A model generated the notes under the pieces. That model did no database searches. It was not told where the DNA came from and was given only the letters and a program-made list of their open reading frames with translations. This document shows, piece by piece, positions 51,709 through 61,349 of a DNA stretch of 64,000 nucleotides. Each line of letters begins with the position of its first letter. Positions within the stretch are counted from its first letter, which is position 1. Position numbers and translations under genes: made by a program. Source of the stretch: a virus (taxonomy: Duplodnaviria > Caudoviricetes); IMG/VR virus record IMGVR_UViG_3300037067_004901, positions 1 to 64,000 of that record; one strand, given 5' to 3'.

Positions 51709-51785
51709 CAGGACGTGGGCTAGTTTGGTAAGTCACTCGGCCTGGGACCGAGTAATCGCTGGTTCAAATCCAGCCGTCCTGACCA
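51709..51785 (+). tRNA. tRNA-Pro(TGG) with C33
   Basis: CAGGACG/CGTCCTG acceptor, CTCGG-CCTGGGA-CCGAG arm, ACCA end. Confidence 0.88.
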
Positions 51786-51876
51786 ATTTTAATAGAGATA
51801 ATATGATTGAAATATGCGAGTTGTGTAAAGAATGTCCATATAAGAATATTTGTACTGAAACAGATAAATATGTGGA

Positions 51877-52218
51877 GTGTATATGACAGATGAAGAAATA
51901 TTACAAAAAGTAATCATCAAAGCAGAGAAGAATGGGTATAAAGGTCATATGCAGTATCTTCCCATGTTTCTCAAACGAGACCCAAGTAAAAAGAAAAAAC
52001 TTTCTAAAAAAGATTTCATGAAGTTTATGTCTCGTATTTGGTTTATTCATAAGAACGATATAATTTACTCACACGAATTTGCAAAAGCGTTTTTTGGTGA
52101 AAAAAAACATATGGAGTGTTGTGGGTCATTAGGTAATAATTTAAAAGAATATCAATATTACTTAATGTGGTTAGTTAAAATTCCACACCCTATAATAGAA
52201 CTGGAAAAATTTTTATGA
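51877..52218 (+). CDS. hypothetical phage protein
   Basis: MTDEEILQKVI.KAEKNGY...IIYSHEFAKAFFGE. Confidence 0.6.
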   Translation: MYMTDEEILQKVIIKAEKNGYKGHMQYLPMFLKRDPSKKKKLSKKDFMKFMSRIWFIHKNDIIYSHEFAKAFFGEKKHMECCGSLGNNLKEYQYYLMWLVKIPHPIIELEKFL

Positions 52219-52322
52219 CAATAAAAACTGTAATAAAGAATGGTAAAATTGTAATTAAAGATAAACATATCACACATAGACCAAAAAAATCACCGTGTGG
52301 TCAAAGAGTTAAAAAAATATGA

Positions 52323-52399
52323 GCGCGGTTTGTGTTAATGTTCGAGCATGTCAGTCTTCCAAACTGAAGGGGAGAGTTAAAGTCTCTCACCGCGCACCA
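52323..52399 (+). tRNA. tRNA-Gly(TCC)
   Basis: GCGCGGT/ACCGCGC acceptor, TCAGT-CTTCCAA-ACTGA arm, ACCA end. Confidence 0.88.
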
Positions 52400-52642
52400 A
52401 AATTATGAAACTATTAACATTATTTTCTATATCTATAACATTAATTAGTTTTCAGTTCGGATTTTTCTTTATCCAACAGCAACACAATGAATATAAGATG
52501 AATGATATTTTGAATTATTGTGAAAAAGTTAAGGATAAACTTGATATCAGTATTATAGATGAGCAAATTACAAGAAAAGAAGCTCAAATTTATATTAAAT
52601 CAATACAAAAAGATATAGAACGTAATAGTGTAATAAAAAAAC

Positions 52643-52717
52643 GCCCGCATAGCTTAGTTGGTAAAGCAGTAGTTTTGTAAACTTCAGACAGCCGTTCGAT
52701 TCGACTTGTGGGCTCCA
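52643..52717 (+). tRNA. tRNA-Thr(TGT)
   Basis: GCCCGCA/TGTGGGC acceptor, loop TTTGTAA, CCA end; some stem mismatches. Confidence 0.82.
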
Positions 52718-52914
52718 ATAAAATGAGAAAAAATGCATATAAAAACTGAAAAAGGTCTTGAAATCGAATTAAATGTTGAAGAAATAAGGCATTTTAAAAT
52801 AAACAATGCAAAATCACTTAAAACTTTTGTTTCAGAGCTTGTTGAGAACGAGAAGAAGATTGGGTTTCACGCGCATAAAGACGAACCAACGAAAAAGTAA
52901 AGGAAAAATTAAAA

Positions 52915-53256
52915 ATGCACGAAGAAATAGTAAAAAAACCATGGGGCGAAGAATCAATTCTGCATATAACAGATAAAACGAAGTTAAAATATATATCTGT
53001 TAAGAAAGATGAAGCATTAAGTTTACAATATCATGAGAAAAAAAGAGAATTTATCGTTTGTATTAGCGGTGAAGTTCTTATACAAGTAGAAAATGATGTA
53101 TTTAAGTGCAAAGAAAACGATAATTTTTTTGTAGATGTAAATAAAAAACATAGAATCGTAGCAATTACTGATGTAGAAATAGTTGAACTATCTGTTGGTG
53201 ATGATAGTGATATTATACGAATAGAAGATAAGTATGGACGCACAACAAAAGTATAA
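52915..53256 (+). CDS. cupin, mannose-6-phosphate isomerase type II C-terminal-like
   Basis: KPWG, LSLQYHEKKRE, HRI, DIIRIEDKYGR. Confidence 0.85.
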   Translation: MHEEIVKKPWGEESILHITDKTKLKYISVKKDEALSLQYHEKKREFIVCISGEVLIQVENDVFKCKENDNFFVDVNKKHRIVAITDVEIVELSVGDDSDIIRIEDKYGRTTKV

Positions 53257-53625
53257 AATACTGAACAAACTAGCGTATAATTGCGCAGAAATATATAAAT
53301 ATTTTCACACACCAAAATCAAATGACTTTAATTGGAAGAAAGCAGAAGAAGCACTTGAATTAGATAAAAGAATAAATGGCGAAGATTTTTTATTATGTAT
53401 GTTAGAGGAGACTAATGGCTAAAATTAAAGTTTTAATCAATAAAAAGAACGCAGAAGGTTGTGATACAGGTGATAGAATAACAGTCGAAGCAGATTTTTT
53501 AAAAGATAATGCTACGAACATTCTAGTGAAATTACCAGATGGTAATATAGTCACCAGAAAAAAGAAACGCGATATAATAATGTAATTAAGGAAATAGCAG
53601 TTTAATAAAAATTTTAAAAAAATAC

Positions 53626-53654
53626 TTGACAAAATCACATTTATGTGTTATACT
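53626..53654 (+). promoter_or_regulatory. sigma70 promoter of the Y RNA/Ro60 unit
   Basis: TTGACA-17-TATACT with extended TG. Confidence 0.8.
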
Positions 53655-53703
53655 TACTATAATAGAAAAGAAAACGTAAGATTATTTAAAAATCGGGGAT
53701 AAA

Positions 53704-53940
53704 ATGGCAGAAAATGAAAAGGATTTTAAAGTTAATATAAAATGTCCATCTTGTCAAACTATAAATAAAGTAGACTATTCTACTTTTAAGATGGCAATGC
53801 TTGCAAACCATTTTTATAGATATACATGTGATAATGATAAATGTAAATCAAGATTTTTAGTTACTTATAAAATGATGTTTGTACCAATCAAAAGCAATCA
53901 GCTCCCTGAACAAGCTTTTGAATCTTTGATAATCGAATAA
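53704..53940 (+). CDS. zinc-ribbon protein
   Basis: CPSC...CDNDKC. Confidence 0.6.
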   Translation: MAENEKDFKVNIKCPSCQTINKVDYSTFKMAMLANHFYRYTCDNDKCKSRFLVTYKMMFVPIKSNQLPEQAFESLIIE

Positions 53941-53944
53941 GATT

Positions 53945-54028
53945 TTGGGTGGCGTAGATGAGACTTACTTCGTATGATACACGCATGTGGCGTCGAGCCA
54001 CAGTCTGTTTCATCGCTTGTTCCCCCAA
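53945..54028 (+). ncRNA. Y RNA-like unit 1
   Basis: GGTGGCGTA-GATGAGAC-TTACTTC...GTTTCATC-GCTTGTTCCC; upstream of Ro60. Confidence 0.75.
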
Positions 54029-54035
54029 TTCATTT

Positions 54036-54124
54036 TAAGGTGGCGTAGATTAGGGTTACTTCATACTCAGAGAGTTCGGGCAATTTCCCGGACATAAAAA
54101 GTCCCTTATCGTTTGTTCCCCTTA
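54036..54124 (+). ncRNA. Y RNA-like unit 2
   Basis: GGTGGCGTA-GATTAGGG-TTACTTC...CCCTTATC-GTTTGTTCCC. Confidence 0.75.
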
Positions 54125-54131
54125 TTAAAAT

Positions 54132-54192
54132 TGCGGTGACGTAGGCAAGACATACTTCGGCTATGAAAAAGTCTTGTCGCTTGATTCCCGCA
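54132..54192 (+). ncRNA. Y RNA-like unit 3 (minimal)
   Basis: GGTGACGTA-GGCAAGAC-ATACTTC...GTCTTGTC-GCTTGATTCCC. Confidence 0.75.
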
Positions 54193-54212
54193 TCGTTCTT
54201 TTAAAACTGTAT

Positions 54213-54534
54213 TGGGTGCCGTAGAATACGTGATACTTCGTATACTGACAAGTAATGTAAGCGCATAATAAATGAGATATAAGCGCGCTTGATATTTAAT
54301 GATATAAGAATAGACTTACAAAGTTGAAAACTTGTATCATTATGTAAGCAAAGCATTCTTCTACATGTCTTGCATGCGACATTGCTTTTATAGAATGTGT
54401 AACAATAAGATGTGACGGTAAACCGCGTTATAAATTGTCATGTGAACGCCTAGCGTGAGCATAGACAACTTACTATAACAGTTAAGGTTCCCAGCCGTTA
54501 AATGGACCAAGCTCACTGTTCGCTTGTTGCCCCT
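54213..54534 (+). ncRNA. Y RNA-like unit 4 with a ~270-nt structured insert
   Basis: GGTGCCGTA-GAATACGTGA-TACTTC...TCACTGTTC-GCTTGTTGCCC. Confidence 0.7.
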
Positions 54535-54566
54535 ATATAGTTCTAAAATAAAAAAAGGAGATAAAA

Positions 54567-56090
54567 ATGTCAAGATTTAATCAATCTACAAAAACTGTAA
54601 AATCTTCTAAAACTGTAAATGCAGAAGGTGCAGAAGCATACACTTTAACACCAAAGTTAGAGTTGTATTCGCTTGCTTGTACTTTTCTTGGACAGGATAA
54701 ATTTTATGAGAAAGCAGATAAGCAATTAAAAAGGCTTGTAGAACTGATTAAAAAGAATGACCCGGAATTTGTCGCGAAATTGGCTGTATATGTTCGCGAG
54801 AAAATGTATTTGAGAACATTACCACTTGTATTGTCTGTTGAATTAGCCAAAGTACATAGTGGTGACAATCTAGTATCTCGTGCTGTTGAGCGCGTTATAC
54901 AACGTGTTGATGAATTAACAGAGATACTTGCATATTATCAATTTTCAAACAACAGAAAGGATGTAAAAAAACTTTCTAAACTTTCCAAACAAATCAGATT
55001 AGGTATTGCAAATGCTTTTAATAAATTTGATTCTTATCAATTCTCTAAATATAATCGAGATAATGAGATTAAACTAAAAGACGCTTTATTTATTTCGCAT
55101 CCGTTTCCAAAAGATAACAAACAAGAAAATATTTTTAAAAAGATAGTAGATGATACTTTAGAAGTTCCATATACTTGGGAAGTAGAGCTATCGCGTTTAG
55201 GTCAACAAAAGTTCGATACAGAAGAAGCGAAAGCAGAAGCAGTTTCTAAGAAATGGGAAGAACTGATAGCTAGCAATAAACTTGGTTATATGGCTACTCT
55301 AAGAAATTTAAGAAATATCTTGGATGCTAAAGTCTCTACTATTTATATAGAGAAAGTCTGTCAGTATTTATCGAATGCAAAAGCTGTAAGAAATTCCAAA
55401 CAGTTACCTTTTAGATTTTTCTCTGCATATAGAGAATTAGAAGGGAATGCTTCGAAACATACTGACAAAATACTTTTTGCTTTAGAAGAAGCAGTTAAGA
55501 TAAGCATAGAGAACATACCAACCCTTAATGGTGATGTTCTGATTGCTTGTGATGTGTCTGGGTCTATGCAAACTCCTATCTCTGCTAAATCTAAAGTTGA
55601 ACGTTACGATATTGGGTTATTGTTAGGACAGTTGTTAAGATTGAAATGTGAAAACAATATACTTGGTATCTTTGGAGATACGTTTAAAGTAAAAAGAACA
55701 ACTAGCAAAGAACTACTATCGAATACAATGAGACTTCACGATATTGAAGGCGAAGTAGGGTATTCTACTAATGGTTATCTAGTGATAGATTGGTTGATAA
55801 AAAACAAAGTAGTGATGGATAAAGTAATAATGTTCACTGATTGTCAGATGTGGGATAGTAGATATGGGAACACTCAAAACTTCGCTGATTATTGGAGAAC
55901 ATATAAACAGATTGCACCAAAAGCAAAACTTATTCTCTTTGATATGGCTGGATATGGAAATACTCCTATAGACACAAAAACAAATGATGTGTATTTGATA
56001 GCAGGATGGAGTGATAAAATATTCGATATGATAGAAGCATATGAAAATAAAGAAAGTGCTGTCAAAGAAATAGAAGCGATGGAGATATGA
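54567..56090 (+). CDS. rsr: Ro60/Rsr TROVE-vWA RNA-binding protein
   Basis: N.EG.EAY...LELY, FVAKLAVY.R, YMATLRNLRN, SKQLPFRF, DVSGSM (MIDAS), FTDCQ. Confidence 0.92.
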   Translation: MSRFNQSTKTVKSSKTVNAEGAEAYTLTPKLELYSLACTFLGQDKFYEKADKQLKRLVELIKKNDPEFVAKLAVYVREKMYLRTLPLVLSVELAKVHSGDNLVSRAVERVIQRVDELTEILAYYQFSNNRKDVKKLSKLSKQIRLGIANAFNKFDSYQFSKYNRDNEIKLKDALFISHPFPKDNKQENIFKKIVDDTLEVPYTWEVELSRLGQQKFDTEEAKAEAVSKKWEELIASNKLGYMATLRNLRNILDAKVSTIYIEKVCQYLSNAKAVRNSKQLPFRFFSAYRELEGNASKHTDKILFALEEAVKISIENIPTLNGDVLIACDVSGSMQTPISAKSKVERYDIGLLLGQLLRLKCENNILGIFGDTFKVKRTTSKELLSNTMRLHDIEGEVGYSTNGYLVIDWLIKNKVVMDKVIMFTDCQMWDSRYGNTQNFADYWRTYKQIAPKAKLILFDMAGYGNTPIDTKTNDVYLIAGWSDKIFDMIEAYENKESAVKEIEAMEI

Positions 56091-56509
56091 TTGAACAGTT
56101 TTCAAAAGAATATATAAATTTTTTAGAAAAGAATAAACTATTGCCACTGGATGAAACTGCAAAATATCTAAATATACACCCCGCAACGTTACGTACATTA
56201 GTTAAAAGAAACGAAATAAAAAGTGTAAAAATAGGTAAAAGATATTATTTTAATTTAGAAGATATTAAAAATAATAACAGTAAAGTTGTGTATCCAAGTG
56301 GCATAAGTGTTAGTAATGGATATCTGAAAGTTCTTGTTGGAAAAGATTTCCCAAACGCTGATTTAGATGGATATATTGCTTTACATAAATTAATATTAGA
56401 AGCTTCTTTATTAAGACGATTATTACCAACAGAAGAAATACTTCATAATGATGGTAATACTATGAATAATTTATTAAGTAATTTATTAATAAAGATAGTA
56501 AATTCGTGA
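56087..56509 (+). CDS. HTH (excisionase-like) fused to an HNH-like domain
   Basis: ETAKYLNIHPATLR; GYI..H.LILE...LLPTEEILHNDGNTMNN..SNL. Confidence 0.7.
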   Translation: MIEQFSKEYINFLEKNKLLPLDETAKYLNIHPATLRTLVKRNEIKSVKIGKRYYFNLEDIKNNNSKVVYPSGISVSNGYLKVLVGKDFPNADLDGYIALHKLILEASLLRRLLPTEEILHNDGNTMNNLLSNLLIKIVNS

Positions 56510-56686
56510 TTAAAGAAAATATAAAAAATAATTTTTACAATAAAAAATGTTGTTTTATATGTAAAAAAATATTTACAAAAAGAGATAAAATAGAAAATAA
56601 TATAATCGAAGTTTTTGATACATCATTTGGTTGTGCCGTTAAAATACATAAACAGCACAACAATTTTTTTGTAGGAGGTATGGATA

Positions 56687-56941
56687 ATGCCATATAGTTC
56701 TATTAATGAAATACCTGATTATGTAAAAAAGAAAACAAAAAATTCTAAAAAACGTAGACAATGGATGCAAGTTTTTAATAGTGTATATAGACAAACGAGA
56801 AGCGAAGCACGAGCTTTCGCGGCAGCTAATGCAGTAATGAGTAGAAAGAAAGAATATACAAAAGAAGAAGTAAATAGTATTATCAAAGATTATATAAATT
56901 GTAATAGAAAAGGTAAGTTTATAGAAGAAGATGAAATATAA
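56687..56941 (+). CDS. ChaB-family protein
   Basis: MPYSSINEIPDYVK...WMQVFNS.Y...EARAFAAANAV. Confidence 0.75.
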   Translation: MPYSSINEIPDYVKKKTKNSKKRRQWMQVFNSVYRQTRSEARAFAAANAVMSRKKEYTKEEVNSIIKDYINCNRKGKFIEEDEI

Positions 56942-57846
56942 TGGCCGTAGAAAAAAGAAAAGAATCTGTTGATTTTTCTGATAAAGAAAAAGATAATATC
57001 AATACTGAATCAGAACAAAACAAAGATAATATTGTTATTGCAGTAGAGCCATTGGTATCACACAAAAGAAATGCTTTAAAATTTGATAGTGGTAAAATAT
57101 CTGATTTAAAATATCTAGAAGATATATTTTCTTCAGATTACGATAAATTTCATTCATTAGATTTTTTAAAAAAAATTCATGCCGAATTACTCTCACAAGG
57201 ATATCCACAAACCCCAGCATTAAACGAATATTTATTTTGGACAACCATTTCTAGAAGAATGCAGATTATCTATCAAGAAAATCATAAAAAAGAAATGGGA
57301 GAATTAGAAGAAGGTGAATCCTTAAAAGGTATTGAAGATTTAAAATTCTTAGATTCATTACAAAGTGTAGCTGAACATGTTACGGCATTGCAAAAAGTTA
57401 TAGATGTTTCTTTAGAGACAGCTAAACAAGTTAAAGATGTTGTAGATTTACATAAAGAAACATGTGAACGAGCAGAAAAGTTTTTAGCGGCACATTTTGG
57501 GGAATATGTAAAGAGACATTCAGCTAGTGGTAAAATAACAGATATCATAGATAAAGCTTATTGGGCTTTTATACAGGATGTTATTTATAAAGAAGATGGT
57601 ATAGAAAACGTAGATTATGTTTGGTCTGAAGAATTAAAATTTTTAATTGATAAAAAAATAATACCAGTAGAAATTATGGCTTTTATATTGCGTACTAGTA
57701 TAGAATCATTGTATAATACTGCAAAGATTAGAAAAGATGAAATGATAGAAATTGACAAAGAAAAAGCTGAAAAAAATCTAAAAGAACTTATGTTAGAATT
57801 TGAATTATTACGTGATGCAAAAGATAGAGAAATATTAGAGAAATGA
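56941..57846 (+). CDS. hypothetical protein in the terminase small subunit position
   Basis: Helical 301-aa ORF overlapping the TerL start; call based on position only. Confidence 0.45.
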   Translation: MAVEKRKESVDFSDKEKDNINTESEQNKDNIVIAVEPLVSHKRNALKFDSGKISDLKYLEDIFSSDYDKFHSLDFLKKIHAELLSQGYPQTPALNEYLFWTTISRRMQIIYQENHKKEMGELEEGESLKGIEDLKFLDSLQSVAEHVTALQKVIDVSLETAKQVKDVVDLHKETCERAEKFLAAHFGEYVKRHSASGKITDIIDKAYWAFIQDVIYKEDGIENVDYVWSEELKFLIDKKIIPVEIMAFILRTSIESLYNTAKIRKDEMIEIDKEKAEKNLKELMLEFELLRDAKDREILEK

Positions 57847-59471
57847 AATTAGACCCAGAAATAAAACGTGCATTAGCATATTATATAGTAATGAAGCATC
57901 AAATAGAGTTTGAAAACTTTTTTGGTCCTATTGCATGGCAAAAACCATTTAAAGTTCGTTATTATCAATATGGATATACCATTGCAGATGATTGTGTTGT
58001 TTATGGTGGTCGTTCTTTTGGAAAATCTATTACACTAGAATTTAATATGGCGCAAAATGCTATTAATATATATAACGAAGAAAGTTTATTAACTACTTTT
58101 AGACGTATGCATATAAAAGATAGATTTGAGAAAGTCATATCTTATTTTACTAGAATCCCTTACTTCAGAAAATTTTTAAAAGGTGCTGGTGATAAATCCA
58201 CAAAAGAATCTATAACGAGAACACCGTTTTATGATATACACTTGCGTAATGGGCACTCTCTTAAAGGTATTAGTGTTGGTGACGACCCATTAGCTGTAGC
58301 TATACAAGGTACTCACCCAGTAAGAAGATATATAGACGAAACACAAATGTTTCCAAGAGAAGCTTGGGTAAAGTTTCAATCTACAAGAGACCCAAAAGGT
58401 AGCAATGATAAATACTTTGGATGTTGTGATGGAAGAATCACTACTCCATATTATGAACTAGAAAAATCTAGAAAGTTTAAAAATAAAAGATTTCATGTAC
58501 CAAGATTATACGAACCATATTTTAATCAAGAAGATAAATTTAATTTAATACAAACACTAGGTTCTGAAAATAGTAATGAATATTTACAACAAGTGCTTGC
58601 ATTGCATGGAGAACCAGAATGGGCTGTATGGCCAGAAGAATCAATAAGAGCTTGTATCGATAAGACAGAAGTTAAAGTGGGAACCGGGATATTGTCTCAT
58701 CATATTGATTTTATAACTATATCTGCAAAAGATTATAAAGATTCTGGTAATCCAATGTTATTTTTACAATCATTAAAAATACCAAAAGGTGTTACAGAAA
58801 CAATATTAGCTATAGATGCTGGATATTCAGAACCGACAGTAGTATTACCTTTTATGAGAATTAATCATAAGTGGCACTTATATACTATTATAGAATTAAT
58901 TGATAGAATGATACCGGATGACCAAACAGAAATTATAGATTATATTGCAAATTTTTATAATGCAATGATAATACCGATAGATTGTACATCTGCTGATGGG
59001 CGCGCAGTAGCATCATCATTACAAAATCCAAAACGGGAAGAATATAAAAATAAGAATTATGACAAGAGAGTTATTTGGGTAGAATTTAATAAATATTTTG
59101 AAGTAGGCAAAAGAATAAATGAAAAAACACAAGAAGAAGAACCAATTAAAGAAAAGGTTAAAGATAAGACAACGACTGTATTAAGACAAATGTTTGCGAA
59201 TCAAGATTTTTTTATGTATTATTCTGAAGAATTACTTGTACAATTTAATGCAGAAAGTCAACGAAGAACAAGTGCTGGTAGAATTGAAATTAAAACTCCT
59301 GATTGGGTGCATATTCCAGAAGCGTTTCGTTGTTTTGCGGCTGCATATTACGAAAAATATATGAATGTTAAACCAGAAATAGAAGAAGATGAGTATGGTG
59401 AAATGGCGCATGCAGAAAATATTGAATTAAATTTTACAATTTTTTCTGATAATAAGGATAGATATGAATAA
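57843..59471 (+). CDS. terL: terminase large subunit
   Basis: Walker A GGRSFGKS, Walker B YIDE, RNase H-like ILAIDAG, C-terminal HIPEAFR. Confidence 0.8.
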   Translation: MKLDPEIKRALAYYIVMKHQIEFENFFGPIAWQKPFKVRYYQYGYTIADDCVVYGGRSFGKSITLEFNMAQNAINIYNEESLLTTFRRMHIKDRFEKVISYFTRIPYFRKFLKGAGDKSTKESITRTPFYDIHLRNGHSLKGISVGDDPLAVAIQGTHPVRRYIDETQMFPREAWVKFQSTRDPKGSNDKYFGCCDGRITTPYYELEKSRKFKNKRFHVPRLYEPYFNQEDKFNLIQTLGSENSNEYLQQVLALHGEPEWAVWPEESIRACIDKTEVKVGTGILSHHIDFITISAKDYKDSGNPMLFLQSLKIPKGVTETILAIDAGYSEPTVVLPFMRINHKWHLYTIIELIDRMIPDDQTEIIDYIANFYNAMIIPIDCTSADGRAVASSLQNPKREEYKNKNYDKRVIWVEFNKYFEVGKRINEKTQEEEPIKEKVKDKTTTVLRQMFANQDFFMYYSEELLVQFNAESQRRTSAGRIEIKTPDWVHIPEAFRCFAAAYYEKYMNVKPEIEEDEYGEMAHAENIELNFTIFSDNKDRYE

Positions 59472-59949
59472 TAGTGAGATTCCTGTAGGTGTATTAATAA
59501 TTACTAAAATAGTAAAAAAGGGTGCAAGAATATATCAAACTGGTAGTAAACGCCCTATTGCTATAGCAGAAGAAAATTTTTTAGTTGGTGATATGGGGAT
59601 TCTTGATTACTCTACATCATATCCAATAGATGTCAGAAATAAATTATTAATATTACCTGGTCTAAAAAAAAATGCAAATCTAGAGAAATACATAAAAAAC
59701 TTAGTGGAGAAAAAATGTCCGAACAAGAAAAAATAATAACACAAGAAGAAAGAATTAAACAATTATTATCTAAATATGCTTCTTTTATAAATCAATCACA
59801 CGAAGAAAAAATAAAAATTGTAAGATTATGTGGTATACTTTCATATTTAGAGGCATTAAAATCACAAAATATGAATATAGATGGCGCTATAAAGCAATTA
59901 GAAAATTTTTTAGATAAAATCATATTACCTTATATAGGAGGTGATACAA

Positions 59950-60009
59950 ATGGCAAAAAAACCTAATGGTGGCAAAAAAAGTGGAAAGGGTGGTGGGTGT
60001 GGACGTTAA
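59950..60009 (+). CDS. putative 19-aa Gly/Lys-rich peptide MAKKPNGGKKSGKGGGCGR
   Basis: Strong AGGAGGTG RBS; overlaps both neighbours. Confidence 0.5.
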   Translation: MAKKPNGGKKSGKGGGCGR

Positions 60010-60538
60010 AGATTATTTAAAAAAATATTTAAATGAAAATTTAAAAGAAAAAGTATTATTAATGTATGATGCCATACAAGAAGATTTTTCGCATTGGCCT
60101 GCTAGTATTAAATACCATCATAATTATGAAGGTGGTCTTTACAAACACACACAAGAAGTTATTGAATCTGGTTTAAAACTATATAAAACATTTGAAGAAG
60201 ACTTTAAAAAGAAATTAATTACAGAATCAGATATAGTTTTTGTATGCTTTATACATGATTTGGAAAAACTTACAAAATATAATGATAATAAAAAATTTGA
60301 TTCTGAAAACTGGCAGGCCAATGTATATGAATTTGAATTTAATAATAATAAATTAGATTGTCATGATAGCGCGAAAGTTGTTAATATTTGTGCAAAGTAT
60401 GGAATTTTTTTATCCGATAAACAACTTAACGCAGTTTCTTATCATCATGGTGGCTGGACTAAAGATGGAGGAAAAATGCATGCATTAGCTGTATTATTGC
60501 ATATGTCAGATTTAATGAGTGCAAATGTCAAATCATAA
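59966..60538 (+). CDS. HD-domain phosphohydrolase (YhaM-like)
   Basis: PAS.KYHH.YEGGL..H, HDLEK, HHGG, LHMSD; probable start at GTG 59999. Confidence 0.8.
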   Translation: MVAKKVERVVGVDVKDYLKKYLNENLKEKVLLMYDAIQEDFSHWPASIKYHHNYEGGLYKHTQEVIESGLKLYKTFEEDFKKKLITESDIVFVCFIHDLEKLTKYNDNKKFDSENWQANVYEFEFNNNKLDCHDSAKVVNICAKYGIFLSDKQLNAVSYHHGGWTKDGGKMHALAVLLHMSDLMSANVKS

Positions 60539-60674
60539 GGAGATGTTATGGCAAATTATTGTATTAATTTAGAAAAATCTGAAAACTGTAAATTTTTATT
60601 TAGAGGTGTTGTTATTGGCACTGATAAAAAATTATGTAATATTTTATCAGGTGTAAAACCATGTCTTACGGAAT

Positions 60675-61349
60675 GTGTTTGCGTGGAAAACTGCAAATGT
60701 GAAAAAAATAATCAAAATGGCTAATATAGACAAAAGAATCGATGTTTTAATACTATCTGCTGGAAAAGGCAGTAGAATTAAATCGCAATTTGGGAACACA
60801 CCAAAAGCATTAATAGAACATAATGGGGAAGTTGCTTTAAATAAAGTATTACATCCATTTACTAAAAGTGTAGATGATTTTAAAATATCTATTAATGTTA
60901 GAAAAGATGAAGTTGATGTATTTAAAAATTTAGGTTTTGATTTATTGATTGAAGATTTTCCATTAGGCAATGCTGGCGCGATTAAATTATTTGGTGCTAA
61001 TTTATCTGACCCATTTATTGTTAGTCATAATGATGTAGATTTACGAGATATCAATGCAATCGATTTTTATATGGAACATTTACAAAATGATAGTTTTGTA
61101 ACGATGTCTGTTTTTAATACTGCGCATGAAAAAGAACGTGGTATAATAGTTAAAAAATATAACAAAGTATTAAACTTTACGCGTGAGCGTTGGGTAAACT
61201 GTGGTTTTTATTGTGTAAGTCATAAAACTTTTGATATTCTTGATGATGGTTTTCAGGATATTGACGAACATATGTTACCAAGATTATCTTCTATACATCA
61301 ATTATCTTGTTATGAGTATAAAGGATTTTATGAAGATTGGGGTAGATAA
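60675..61349 (+). CDS. sugar-phosphate nucleotidyltransferase
   Basis: LSAGKGSRI...PKAL, PLGNAGAI, HND, VNCGFY, EDWG; probable start near MANID. Confidence 0.85.
   Translation: MFAWKTANVKKIIKMANIDKRIDVLILSAGKGSRIKSQFGNTPKALIEHNGEVALNKVLHPFTKSVDDFKISINVRKDEVDVFKNLGFDLLIEDFPLGNAGAIKLFGANLSDPFIVSHNDVDLRDINAIDFYMEHLQNDSFVTMSVFNTAHEKERGIIVKKYNKVLNFTRERWVNCGFYCVSHKTFDILDDGFQDIDEHMLPRLSSIHQLSCYEYKGFYEDWGR

Noticed and set aside
53945-54534. CRISPR array
   Set aside because: Units are self-complementary RNAs with covarying stems and very unequal inserts; there are no identical direct repeats and no cas genes, and the adjacent gene is Ro60
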